The notes: a model not told the origin generated them from the letters alone. Counted from the stretch's first letter, positions 26,472 through 38,853 are shown. The stretch is 55,694 bases of DNA from an uncultured bacterium (GCA_963923445.1 CAWUNZ010000001.1:1-55694); one strand, 5' to 3'. Translations and numbers: made by a program.

Positions 26472-27116
26472 TCAATTCCCGGCTGCTTCCGCCGCCTCGC
26501 TCATGGCCAGTCGTGATGCCAGGGTTTGGAACAGCGCGGGGTGTTCGGGCCGTGAACGGTGGGCATGCTCATCCTCGAGGATCAGCATCATTTCGCGCTC
26601 CTCGCGGATACCCTGACGGTCCATCACCTCGATGAACGGCCTCAGGTCGTAGGCGTAAACAACCAGCACCTTGTGCTCGTCGAGTTGCACTTCCTGCAAG
26701 GGCTTTTCCGCCTGCGAGCAGACCACCAGTCCCGTGAGTCCGTCCGCCAGAAGATAGTCCTCGAAGTCGAGCAGGTGGCTGGATAGCACGGTGAGGTCGA
26801 TGTCCTCCCGGGCCAGGTCCCGATGCTTGCCGTTTTTCGAGCCATGGCTGGTTTCCAAAACCACATCGACCCCGGGCCCCATCGGTGCCACGAGTTCGAG
26901 AAACACGCCCAGCAACCTTTCGGCGGAAACCGTCGCGGCCATTGTGGGTATCTTGCGGTTTCCCACGCGGTGGATTCCGGTGCGGTAAGCCTCCCGGGGC
27001 CTCCACAAACTGCCGGGCATCGGCATGATGGCGGGAGCCAACTCAAAATCAGGGTCTGCCCCCCAGTCCCCGAATGCCTCATCGCCGGACAGGAAATGGA
27101 ACGAATCGTCGCGCAT
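26472..27116 (-). CDS. hypothetical cytoplasmic acidic protein (214 aa)
   Basis: Clean ATG-started ORF with high GC3-type codon use, no signal peptide and no motif I recognise. Confidence 0.6.
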   Translation of the reverse strand: MRDDSFHFLSGDEAFGDWGADPDFELAPAIMPMPGSLWRPREAYRTGIHRVGNRKIPTMAATVSAERLLGVFLELVAPMGPGVDVVLETSHGSKNGKHRDLAREDIDLTVLSSHLLDFEDYLLADGLTGLVVCSQAEKPLQEVQLDEHKVLVVYAYDLRPFIEVMDRQGIREEREMMLILEDEHAHRSRPEHPALFQTLASRLAMSEAAEAAGN

Positions 27117-27433
27117 GAAACCACCAAACCGCGTGCCGAGAGAACCTGCTGTTGCAATCTATGGGGGATGGAGGATTGGGATGACGGGGTTGACTTGATT
27201 TTTTAACAGAATTTTTAGCTGGTCTTTCCGAAGACCCGGGTTTTTCCCGTTAACCCTAACCCTGGCACCCCAAAGAACCAATTTTATCCAATCGGCTTTC
27301 TTGACCCACCCAAAAACATTGCCCAAACTAACACAAAAGCCTCCCAAATTGCCCACAACTCGCACGATTCCTCTCATCGAATCCACCCACACACCCGATC
27401 TGAGGTTGCACACACCAAGGTCAGGGAGCGGGA

Positions 27434-28954
27434 ATGCTGGCGCAATGGCGTAATTTGGGCTTGATGGCTGCTCTGCTGCTGGCAGGCGGCCTTGCCGGCC
27501 TGTTGCCGCTGGCCCTTCAACCGGCTCGCGCGGCGCTCGAGGCGGAGACCGACCTTTGGTACATCGCCCGGGTCGACGGACAAACAGTCGGATCGTGGCG
27601 CCATCAGGAACAACAGGGGAAGGAAGGCTGGACCGTCAGGCAAACCCTCGACCTGCGGGTGCGCCGTTATGGGGCCGTTGTTTCGCTCAGCCAGGAATAT
27701 TCCGACACTGAAACTGCGGAAGGCAAGGTGACCGGATTCAGCCTCAAGCAAGTCCACAACGGCCGGCCATTCCTCCACCTCAAAGGCAAGCCAAACGCCG
27801 ATGATCCGACTCTTTTCCAAGTGGACGACCTGCTGGGTCGCCCCGGTCGACAACTCCCTTGGTCGGTTGAGGTCAGCGGCCTGAGGGCGCGCGAACGACT
27901 TCCCGCTTCCGGCACCGGTCCATTCCGCATGTTGGCTCATGAACCCCTTGTCAATTTTGTCGTAGGCCTGGAAGGCCAAATGACCCAGGAGACCCTCGAT
28001 ATTGGGGGTACGAAAGTCCCTTGCCAAAAGGTCACCTGGCAACCCCGCATCCTTCAGTCGGGAGGCCCTTCACTGGCGCCGACTCGCTGGTGGATCGATT
28101 CCTCCGGCCGGGTCATCCGACGCCAATTTGAACTTGATGGCATGGGCCTGGTCACCCTCGACCTGTCCACGCGCGAGGGAGTGGCGGATACCGCCAAGGC
28201 CGGGCCGATGCGCGACTTGGGCGACTCGAGCATGATCAGCCTCGACCGGCCCATTCCCAATTCCAGGCTCGCCCGCACGGTTGTGTTTCGCCTGCGGTGG
28301 AAGGAAGCCACGGGCGAACCGCTTGAATTGGCCAGCGATGAACGCCAGCAAACACAGCCGACCGCCGATGGCGCCGTAGAAGTCCTCGCGCGGAAGGGAC
28401 AAAAACCGAGGCGGGTCGTGGGAGCACCCGACGCGGGCCGCGAATTCCTCGGCACCAGCAAGTTCATCGACACCGACCATCCAAAAATCAGGGAGTTGGC
28501 TCAAAGGGCGGGGGGGTATGAGGACGATTGCTGGACCGCGGCTTTGCGCCTGGAGCGTTATGTCAGCCGGAACCTGAAACCCGACGCCGCGGCAGCGCTG
28601 GTTCCTGCGTCGGAATTCGCCTCCACATGGCGCGGCGACTGCCGGCATGCGGCGCTGACCCTGGCGGCGCTCTGCCGGGCCAGCAACATGCCGGCGCGAA
28701 CCGCCGTGGGATTGCTCTATGTGGAAAAGGGGGGCAGGCCCGCCCTCGGCTTCCACATGTGGACGGAGGTTTTCATTGACGGCCAATGGATCGGGCTCGA
28801 CGGCACCCTCGGTCAGGGGGGCATCGGCGCCGGCCATGTCAAGGTCTCGGACCACTCATGGGACAAGGTGGAATCATTGGCTCCACTCTTACCCGTGCAG
28901 AGGCTGGTGGGCCGCCTGAAGGGAGAGGTCGTCCGGGTCGACCTGGGTGATTGA
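27434..28954 (+). CDS. transglutaminase-like domain protein, secreted
   Basis: Signal peptide LMAALLLAGGLAGLLPLALQPARA. Catalytic-core-like GDCRHAALTLAALCRA ... GFHMWTEVFIDGQWIGLD (Cys-His-Asp). An AGGGAG SD lies upstream. Confidence 0.85.
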   Translation: MLAQWRNLGLMAALLLAGGLAGLLPLALQPARAALEAETDLWYIARVDGQTVGSWRHQEQQGKEGWTVRQTLDLRVRRYGAVVSLSQEYSDTETAEGKVTGFSLKQVHNGRPFLHLKGKPNADDPTLFQVDDLLGRPGRQLPWSVEVSGLRARERLPASGTGPFRMLAHEPLVNFVVGLEGQMTQETLDIGGTKVPCQKVTWQPRILQSGGPSLAPTRWWIDSSGRVIRRQFELDGMGLVTLDLSTREGVADTAKAGPMRDLGDSSMISLDRPIPNSRLARTVVFRLRWKEATGEPLELASDERQQTQPTADGAVEVLARKGQKPRRVVGAPDAGREFLGTSKFIDTDHPKIRELAQRAGGYEDDCWTAALRLERYVSRNLKPDAAAALVPASEFASTWRGDCRHAALTLAALCRASNMPARTAVGLLYVEKGGRPALGFHMWTEVFIDGQWIGLDGTLGQGGIGAGHVKVSDHSWDKVESLAPLLPVQRLVGRLKGEVVRVDLGD

Positions 28955-28976
28955 CGGAACGCGAGGACTGACAACC

Positions 28977-29468
28977 ATGAATCGGAACACCGGATTGCGA
29001 CGAGGCGAGGGGTCGATCAGGCTGATGCTCGAGGGCGAAGGCATTTACACGCCCTTCCGCGAAGAGGAGGTGGCGGACCACCCGGGCGTCAACCTGTTGC
29101 TCCGCGAGTCGGCACATCATCCGGCGCCCCTTCTGGGAATACGGTTCCCCGCCTCCTGGTCGAATGTGGCCTGCTGGTCGTGGACCATCGACCATGCGGG
29201 GTCGGAACTGGCCGCCGTCATGCCGCCTCCCATCTGGAAAATCGGTCAAACCGTGGCGATCCTGGGTTGGGAGCCGTGCGGAAGCCGCGCCGAGACGGTG
29301 ATCCTCCCCTCTTCAATACATGCGACATTGGAAGAAGCTGACGGTTTGGTGTCCTTGAAGTCTCTCCACTTCCCGATAACCTCCGCCGAGGGATTCAGCA
29401 GGGCCCGCCAATGGGTCAGGCAGAGGGGCCTCGAGGGTGTCACATCGCGGATGCGCTCGGCGGCTTGA
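28977..29468 (+). CDS. hypothetical protein (163 aa)
   Basis: ORF immediately downstream of the transglutaminase-like gene. ATG 28977 is preceded by AGGA; the track GTG 28947 overlaps the previous stop. No motif recognised. Confidence 0.5.
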   Translation: MNRNTGLRRGEGSIRLMLEGEGIYTPFREEEVADHPGVNLLLRESAHHPAPLLGIRFPASWSNVACWSWTIDHAGSELAAVMPPPIWKIGQTVAILGWEPCGSRAETVILPSSIHATLEEADGLVSLKSLHFPITSAEGFSRARQWVRQRGLEGVTSRMRSAA

Positions 29469-29477
29469 GGCCATCGT

Positions 29478-29909
29478 TCAGATTTGGTAGGTGGAGTCCT
29501 CAGGCGACTCGATCCGCGCCAGAACCTCAAGAAGGGTGATGCCGCGAAGAAATTCCCGTTCCCGGGCCTCGGCCTCGCGCCAAATCCCGGCAAGGGCCCT
29601 CGAGGCGGGATGACTTCCCGGCCCGCCCTCGCCGCGGGAGGGCCCGGGCCTTCCGTCAACTGCCTCAACCACATCCAGAACGGTGATTTCCCCGGGAACC
29701 CGCGACAGGCGGTATCCACCCGAGGCACCCCGCGTGCTTTCGACCAGGCCAGCCGACTTCAAAACCAGGAGAATCTGGACAAGAAACCGCTCGGGAATTC
29801 CCTGGCTGGCCGCGATGCTGCGGATGCGCACGGGTTGGCCGGTCCGGTCGGCGCGCGCGAGCTCGAGCAAAGCGACGCAACCGTATTCTGCCTTGGCGGT
29901 TAGTTTCAT
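29478..29909 (-). CDS. Rrf2 family transcriptional regulator
   Basis: MKLTAKAEYGCVALLELAR...IAASQGIPERFLVQILLVLKSAGLVESTRGASGGYRL is the canonical Rrf2 winged helix. ATG 29909 lies 1 nt after the cysH stop. The 53 upstream codons of the track ORF are rejected. Confidence 0.9.
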   Translation of the reverse strand: MKLTAKAEYGCVALLELARADRTGQPVRIRSIAASQGIPERFLVQILLVLKSAGLVESTRGASGGYRLSRVPGEITVLDVVEAVDGRPGPSRGEGGPGSHPASRALAGIWREAEAREREFLRGITLLEVLARIESPEDSTYQI

Positions 29910-29910
29910 G

Positions 29911-30660
29911 TCAGATGCCGCTGCCGCCCTCATGCTCCTGCACATGCAGGCCGCATTCCTTCTTGGCCTGTCCGCCCCAGCGCCCTTCCCGACCTTCGCC
30001 GGGCACCGTGCAAGGTTCGCAACCAATGCTGTCGTAGCCTTGGTCGTGCAATTCGTTGTAAGGGACACCCCAGCCGATTACAGCGGTCCATACCTTCTTG
30101 CGCGTCCAATGAATCAGGGGGTTCACCTTCACCAGACCGAACTTGGCATCCCACTGAACCACCCGGCCACGGGCCCGGTGCGCCGTTTCGTCGGCCCGAA
30201 TGCCGGATATCCACGCCGAGTAACCCGACACCGCGCGGCGCAGCGGAATCACCTTGCGGTCGTGGCAGCATTGGTCGGGTCGGTGACGATGGAGCGGACC
30301 GCCGTGCTCCCTCTCGTAGTCAGCCACCGTGGTGGCGGGTCGCACCAACTCGACATCAATTCCGTACTTCTGGCGAATTCGGTCACGAACCAGCAGGGTT
30401 TGGACAAATTGATAGCCAGTGTCGAGGTTGAATACTCGGGTAGCGGGGGCGACCTTCGACAAGAAATGGAGGATCAGGCAGCCTTCAACGCCAAAGGCCG
30501 TGGCCATGGTCAGGCCCGAGCCAAACCGCTGGGCCGCCCAAGCCAGAATGACTTCGGGATCAGCCTGATCCAAAACGGAAGCCTGATGCTCGATTTCCGC
30601 CGCCAGTTCAGGAGGAATACCGTTTGAAGGACTGACAAGAGTCAGCGCCTCTGGCGACAT
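29911..30660 (-). CDS. cysH: phosphoadenylyl-sulfate/adenylyl-sulfate reductase (thioredoxin-dependent), APS-reductase-type Fe-S motif
   Basis: The PAPS_reduct fold reads throughout, with a C-terminal ECGLH. The Cys pair DQCCHDRK plus SIGCEPCT (CC...CXXC) is the 4Fe-4S ligand set of assimilatory APS reductases. ATG at 30660 (MSPEAL). Confidence 0.9.
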   Translation of the reverse strand: MSPEALTLVSPSNGIPPELAAEIEHQASVLDQADPEVILAWAAQRFGSGLTMATAFGVEGCLILHFLSKVAPATRVFNLDTGYQFVQTLLVRDRIRQKYGIDVELVRPATTVADYEREHGGPLHRHRPDQCCHDRKVIPLRRAVSGYSAWISGIRADETAHRARGRVVQWDAKFGLVKVNPLIHWTRKKVWTAVIGWGVPYNELHDQGYDSIGCEPCTVPGEGREGRWGGQAKKECGLHVQEHEGGSGI

Positions 30661-30850
30661 TTGAAACCTCCACCGACGCAGGCCATGCCGAATCATACAT
30701 AAGTTGATCGAATCGCAAAAGTTGGCTTGATCAAACAATTCGGCAAGGTTCGAGTTGATGACCAACATTCCCGGAAGGCCTTGGCCACGGAAACCTGATG
30801 GCTACCATGTGCTTTGCCTAGGCATGCCGATCCTCCTTCGGGGTAACATC

Positions 30851-32989
30851 ATGTTTCGAATGACCCGCGGTTTGCTGCTTATTGGCCTCGCCACCTGTGC
30901 CGGAACCCTTATGGCCGCTGATCCCCTCCAATACCCTGTCACCAAAACTGTCAACCAGGTGGACGATTACCACGGCACCAAGGTCCCTGACCCGTACCGC
31001 TGGCTTGAGGACGATGTAAGGACCAACCCCGAGGTTCGCGCCTGGGTGACCGCCCAGAACAAGGTCACTTTCGACTTCCTCGGCAAGCTCAAAACCCGGG
31101 AAAAGATCCGCCAGCGGCTGACAACCCTCTGGAACTACGAACGGGTTTCACCTCCCGCCCACAGGGGCCACAGGTGGTGGTATGTCCGCAACGATGGCCT
31201 TCAGAACCAGGCGGTTCTGATGGCACGCGACAAGGCCGACGGCCCTGGCCGGGTAATCTTAGATCCCAACGCCTGGAGCAAAGACGGAACCATCGCCTTG
31301 GCGGGATGGAGTCCTTCCGATGACGGGCGATACCTTGCCTATGGCACGGCCGAGGCCGGTTCGGACTGGACGGTCTGGCGCATCCTCGACCTGACCACCT
31401 CCAAGCTTCTCAACGATGAACTTCGCTGGGTGAAGTTCAACACTCCCGCCTGGTCGCGCGATTCCAAGGGCCTTTACTACGCCCGTTTTGACAAGCCCGC
31501 CGAGGGTAAGCAGTTCCAGTCGCTCAATCTGAACATGAAGGTGTTCCACCACACCGTGGGCACCGGGCAGGAAACCGACCCGCTGGTTCTGGCCACGCCG
31601 GACCACCCCGACTGGGGATTCTCCGCCGAGACCAGCGAGGATGGTTCCTACCTCTTCATCACGACGCATGTTGGAACCGACCACCGCTACCGGGTGTCCT
31701 ACCGCGACCTCAAGGCCGCCGGAAGCGCCCTTGTTGATCTCATTCCGGATTTCAAGAACGAATGGTCCTTCCTCGGCAACCGGGGATCGGTTGCCTATTT
31801 CAAGACCAACCTCGACGCCCCCTTGGGCCGGGTGGTTTCCACCGACCTTTCAGCCAAGGGCCCTCCGGTCTGGAAGGAGATCATTCCACAGGCCAAGGAC
31901 AAGCTCGAGGGCGCGTCGATCGCCGCGGAGCGCATCGTGGCCACTTACCTTCGCGACGCCAGCACACGGGTGAGCCTGTTCGACCTTGCAGGCAAGCCCG
32001 CGGCCACGGTTGAACTTCCGGGAATCGGTTCCGCGGACGGGTTCGACGGGGTCATGGGCGACAAGGACACCTACTACTCCTTCAGCGGGTTCACCACCCC
32101 CACATCGGTGTTCCGCCTCGACACCATGACAGGCAAGAGCGAATCGTGGTTCCGCCCCAAGGTCGCCTTCAATCCGGACGATTACGAGACAAGACAGGTG
32201 TTTTACACCTCGCGCGATGGAACGCGCGTGCCGATGTTCATCTCCTCGAAAAAGGGGCTTAAGCTCGATGGCGAGAATCCGGTGATTTTGTACGGTTATG
32301 GCGGATTCGATATTTCCCAAACCCCCGGTTTTCGCGTCGCCAGGCTGGCATGGATGGAAATGGGTGGTGTCTTCGCGGTCGCCAACCTGCGCGGCGGCGG
32401 TGAATATGGCGACGAGTGGCACAAGGCCGGCACGAAAACCCGCAAACAGAATGTGTTCGACGACTTCATCGCCGCGGCGGAGTACCTCGCCAAGGAGAAA
32501 TATTCCAAACCTGCGAAGATCGCGATCCAGGGGGGCAGCAACGGCGGCCTGCTGGTGGGCGCGGTGATGACACAAAGACCCGAATTGTTCGGAGCCTGCC
32601 TGCCCGCCGTGGGCGTGATGGACATGCTCCGGTTCCAGAAGTTCACCGCTGGCCGCTACTGGGTGGACGACTATGGCTCCAGCGACAACAAGGAGGAGTT
32701 CGAAGCCCTTCACAAGTACTCCCCCTACCACAACCTCAAGCCGGGAACGGCATATCCCGCCACCATGATCACCACGGCGGATACCGACGACCGCGTCGTT
32801 CCCGGACACAGCTTTAAATTCGCCGCCCGCGCACAGGCCTGCCACAAGGGGGCCAACCCGATGCTGATCCGCATCGAGACAAGGGCGGGGCACGGCGCCG
32901 GCAAACCGACCGCCATGCAAATCGAGGAAATCGCCGACATCTGGGCCTTCGCGGCCAACGCGCTGGGGATGGATCCGAAGGTTCCCTAG
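30851..32989 (+). CDS. prolyl oligopeptidase (S9A serine peptidase), secreted
   Basis: DDYHGTKVPDPYRWLED N-terminal signature, catalytic GGSNGGLL, and DDRVVP / GHGAG. Signal peptide from ATG 30851. Confidence 0.92.
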   Translation: MFRMTRGLLLIGLATCAGTLMAADPLQYPVTKTVNQVDDYHGTKVPDPYRWLEDDVRTNPEVRAWVTAQNKVTFDFLGKLKTREKIRQRLTTLWNYERVSPPAHRGHRWWYVRNDGLQNQAVLMARDKADGPGRVILDPNAWSKDGTIALAGWSPSDDGRYLAYGTAEAGSDWTVWRILDLTTSKLLNDELRWVKFNTPAWSRDSKGLYYARFDKPAEGKQFQSLNLNMKVFHHTVGTGQETDPLVLATPDHPDWGFSAETSEDGSYLFITTHVGTDHRYRVSYRDLKAAGSALVDLIPDFKNEWSFLGNRGSVAYFKTNLDAPLGRVVSTDLSAKGPPVWKEIIPQAKDKLEGASIAAERIVATYLRDASTRVSLFDLAGKPAATVELPGIGSADGFDGVMGDKDTYYSFSGFTTPTSVFRLDTMTGKSESWFRPKVAFNPDDYETRQVFYTSRDGTRVPMFISSKKGLKLDGENPVILYGYGGFDISQTPGFRVARLAWMEMGGVFAVANLRGGGEYGDEWHKAGTKTRKQNVFDDFIAAAEYLAKEKYSKPAKIAIQGGSNGGLLVGAVMTQRPELFGACLPAVGVMDMLRFQKFTAGRYWVDDYGSSDNKEEFEALHKYSPYHNLKPGTAYPATMITTADTDDRVVPGHSFKFAARAQACHKGANPMLIRIETRAGHGAGKPTAMQIEEIADIWAFAANALGMDPKVP

Positions 32990-33435
32990 CCGATCGAGAT
33001 CTGAAGTTTTCCGGGCAGCAGGGAGACCCCGGAAATGGCCGCGGAGACCTCAAAACCGAGGTCCCGGGTCGCGGAAGCCGGATCCACCCAGATTGTCTCG
33101 CCGTCGACTGAAACGCCCGCCATATCCCTGAGCAGTTCAGCAACCATGTCCATGATCAGGCCGCGAACCATGCCGGGGAGTCCGACTCCCTGGATCATGC
33201 GGAGTGAGGAGAGATCAAACCTCAGTTTCTGATCCTCGGCCCGGGGGACGAACACCAGTTCAACCCCGACCTTCATCCAGCCCATTTCGTAGCGACCCCG
33301 GGCAACCACGCCTTCCTCGAGAACCCGAACCGATTCCAGGTCCATGTCCCCTTGGGCGGCAAGGTGGTCTTTGATGGCCTTTTCAATGTCGGCTTCAGCC
33401 ACCCGAATGATTGCCCGCTCGATTTCCAACGCCAC
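32986..33435 (-). CDS. hypothetical protein (149 aa)
   Basis: GTG start at 33435 preceded by GGGAGA at 6-nt spacing. No motif recognised. Confidence 0.6.
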   Translation of the reverse strand: MALEIERAIIRVAEADIEKAIKDHLAAQGDMDLESVRVLEEGVVARGRYEMGWMKVGVELVFVPRAEDQKLRFDLSSLRMIQGVGLPGMVRGLIMDMVAELLRDMAGVSVDGETIWVDPASATRDLGFEVSAAISGVSLLPGKLQISIG

Positions 33436-33459
33436 GCCTTTTCTCCCAGCCAGGAACTT

Positions 33460-33597
33460 TCAGACGGGCCAGCAGATGAACACCACCGCTGAGTAAAGGA
33501 CCACCCCAACGGCAAAAAGGCCGGACCAAATCCCAATCAGTGTCCTGAGCAGGACGACATCCTCCTGATTGATGTCCAATGGTTCTGAATCGCGCAT
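33460..33597 (-). CDS. possible small membrane protein (45 aa)
   Basis: Hand-translated and below the ORF-track cutoff: MRDSEPLDINQEDVVLLRTLIGIWSGLFAVGVVLYSAVVFICWPV. One clear transmembrane helix. It ends 24 nt before the 32986..33435 gene. Confidence 0.35.
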   Translation of the reverse strand: MRDSEPLDINQEDVVLLRTLIGIWSGLFAVGVVLYSAVVFICWPV

Positions 33598-33746
33598 GGC
33601 AGGTCTCCGGCAAATGATACTCAAACCATCCTGACACCCCCGCCTGCCGCTGACCAGACCGCCTTGACCCGGAACCCCCAGCTGGGGATACCTTCGGAGT
33701 AGTTGGAAGGTTCAACCCAAATCCGGAAGGCGGGTTCCGGCGCCCC

Positions 33747-36056
33747 ATGGCAGGACCGCATACCCAAAACGGCCCCCGAAACACCGGCGTAAGCGCTGGC
33801 AGGGTATGGGCTTGGCCAGTGTTTCTCGGTGGCTTGGCCGCGCTCATTCTTGCAATTCTGACAGGAAAGCTCGAACTTCTCGGCACGCCATCGGCCATCG
33901 GCCAGCTAACCAAGGGCAGGGATGCCCTTGAACAGAATAAGATCGACCTGGCCTTGAGTTTGGCCGCCCAAGTGGCTGATTCAGACCCGAAACTCGCGGC
34001 CCCGGCGGCTTTGTTGTCGGCCAGGGCCCTGCTCGTTCAAGCCATGTCCCAATCTGAAAACCTGGCCTTGGCCACGGCCCGTGATGCGGAAGGGAAATTG
34101 GCGGGAATCGCCGAGGACCAGTTGGACCCGGCGGACCAGAACCTGCTCAAGGTGGCCCGGGGACGATTGAGCCTGATCACGCGGACCGGGTTCGAGGCCG
34201 CGATCAACGGACTCAAGGCGCTCCCTGAAGACGCGGCTTGCGCGGCGGAAGCCTACGAGGTTCTTGGGCTTCTTTCACTGCGCCTCGATCCCCCCGACTA
34301 CGCGGGTGCCCTGCGCGCCAATGAAAGCCTCAGGGCCTTGGCGACGCTGACCGACGAACGCCGGGCCACGGCTCAGATCTCCGCTGGTGAACTGAACCTG
34401 AAACTGGGCAAGGGCGATGAAGCCCGCAAGGTACTCGACAAAGTGGGCGCCCGGGCACCCAGGGAATTGCGCCTCAAGGCCCGATTGCTGGTGGCCAAAA
34501 GCTTTCACGATGACGGTCGCTGGGCGGATGCCGCGAACGCCTGGCATGGCGTCGTGCAGGAAAAGCCGGATGCCGCCCAACTGGGATTGGCATGGTTCCG
34601 GCTTGGTCAGGCACAATCCAAGCTGGGACACACCACCGACGCCTCTCGCGCGTGGGAAGAAGCCATCGGCTCGGGGTCGCCCGAAGTGGCCCAGGCGGCC
34701 AGCCTCCACTTGGCGGAGATCCGCGCCACCGATCCGGCGAGTGACCCGGCGCTGAAACTCGCGCGCGCCGCCCTCAGGGAGGTGACCGACCCCGCCAAGT
34801 ACACCAACACGCTCCTCCCAGCCAACCAAGCCCGGGAACTTCTCGAACGAATCGTGACGGGTTGGGCCAATGCCGGACGCTTTGAGCACGCCTTGGCCCT
34901 CAACGACGCCGTGGCCGTGCTGGGGGGGCAAACAGTCAACAAGGCTCGCCGGGCGGATTTACTCGAGGCCGAGGCCAGGCATTTGCGGGACATGGTCGGC
35001 AAGCCGGACTTGCCAGCCGAGGAAACAAGAAACAAGGCTCGCGAACGGTTTCTGGAGGCCGCGACCTGCCATGCCGCCGTCGCGGACCTGCTGAGCGATC
35101 CCGACTTGCAGGCCGACCAGATCTGGCAAGCCGCACGCCTGGCCAACGACGCCGAAAAGCCCAAGGAAACCGCAAGTTATTACACCCATTTTATCCGGAT
35201 GGGGCGCAGGCAGGAGCGGCTTGGCGAAGCCTGGTATCGGCTTGGCGAAGCCTTGCGTGAGCAGGATAACAAGCCCGCCTCACTTCAGGCGTACCGCAAC
35301 AGCATCAATTTCATCACGCCGTACGCCTATCGCGCCCGCTACCGTCTGGCGGCAGACGCGATGGCCCGCGGCGATCTCGACGCTGCCTCTGACGCCCTTG
35401 AGCAGAACATCCAACTGCTGAGGCTGGAGCCTGACCCTGAAGCCCAGCAGATGTCGCTTTACGCGTTGGGTTCACTGCTTCACCAGAGGCGAAACTGGAG
35501 CATGTGCGTTCGCCGACTCGAGGAGGCCCTGGAGCGATATCCCGCCAATGCGCAATCCGGAAGGGCCCGGCTGATGCTGGCGGACGCCTACAGGAACCTC
35601 GCGGGGCAGGAACACCAAAACTTCCTTACCGGGGAAAAAATCACCGCTGAAACCCGTGATCATTTCCAGTCGGAGCATCGCAGGTGGCTGGAACGGGCGG
35701 TGGCCACCTATCGGGAACTGCTTCTGGCCATCGAACTGGAGGCCGCCGGGGCACCCCTCACCGAGGCAGAGAAGGATCAGGTTTTCTTTTTGCTCGCCGA
35801 CACCCTATTCAACCTGGGCCGTTACGAGGATGCCCTGCACCAGTACCGCAATGCCCAGACCCGGTTGACCGATCCGGGCCAAAAGCTGACCGCCTTGGGC
35901 GGCGAGGTCCGCTGCCACTCCGCCATGAACCAATTCACCCTGATGAACACCCGGTTGTTGGAGATTCGCCAAGCTCTTCCCTCACTCGATGAAAAGACCC
36001 GCAAGCAGTGGGAAAGCTGGGTCGATCTGGCATCGAGGCAGCGCACGAATCCGTGA
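33747..36056 (+). CDS. tetratricopeptide (TPR)-repeat protein with N-terminal membrane anchor
   Basis: N-terminal helix WPVFLGGLAALILAILTG, then about 700 aa of Ala/Leu-rich helical repeats with the TPR-like W..LG.A. pattern. Confidence 0.8.
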   Translation: MAGPHTQNGPRNTGVSAGRVWAWPVFLGGLAALILAILTGKLELLGTPSAIGQLTKGRDALEQNKIDLALSLAAQVADSDPKLAAPAALLSARALLVQAMSQSENLALATARDAEGKLAGIAEDQLDPADQNLLKVARGRLSLITRTGFEAAINGLKALPEDAACAAEAYEVLGLLSLRLDPPDYAGALRANESLRALATLTDERRATAQISAGELNLKLGKGDEARKVLDKVGARAPRELRLKARLLVAKSFHDDGRWADAANAWHGVVQEKPDAAQLGLAWFRLGQAQSKLGHTTDASRAWEEAIGSGSPEVAQAASLHLAEIRATDPASDPALKLARAALREVTDPAKYTNTLLPANQARELLERIVTGWANAGRFEHALALNDAVAVLGGQTVNKARRADLLEAEARHLRDMVGKPDLPAEETRNKARERFLEAATCHAAVADLLSDPDLQADQIWQAARLANDAEKPKETASYYTHFIRMGRRQERLGEAWYRLGEALREQDNKPASLQAYRNSINFITPYAYRARYRLAADAMARGDLDAASDALEQNIQLLRLEPDPEAQQMSLYALGSLLHQRRNWSMCVRRLEEALERYPANAQSGRARLMLADAYRNLAGQEHQNFLTGEKITAETRDHFQSEHRRWLERAVATYRELLLAIELEAAGAPLTEAEKDQVFFLLADTLFNLGRYEDALHQYRNAQTRLTDPGQKLTALGGEVRCHSAMNQFTLMNTRLLEIRQALPSLDEKTRKQWESWVDLASRQRTNP

Positions 36057-36252
36057 CAGCTCCGCCAAATTGGCAGTCTCGAAAAGCCCCCTCGCTCCGC
36101 CGACCATGCGTCTGCCATTATGGCATCTTGTTCTTGATCTGATTTCCCTTATAGCTCCAATTTGCCTGAGAAATCGGGAGCCAAATCATGGCACACCATA
36201 TGCTTTGAATGCCTTCAAGTGACTTAATGCATGACACAATGGGGGTGAAATC

Positions 36253-38853
<2,601 letters not shown>

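Noticed and set aside
27221-27245. A hairpin plus T-run considered as a terminator feature.
   Set aside because: The stem is only 6 bp, the T-run is separated from it by CGGG, and both flanking genes are transcribed away from it. It is kept only as a note within the finding on that region.
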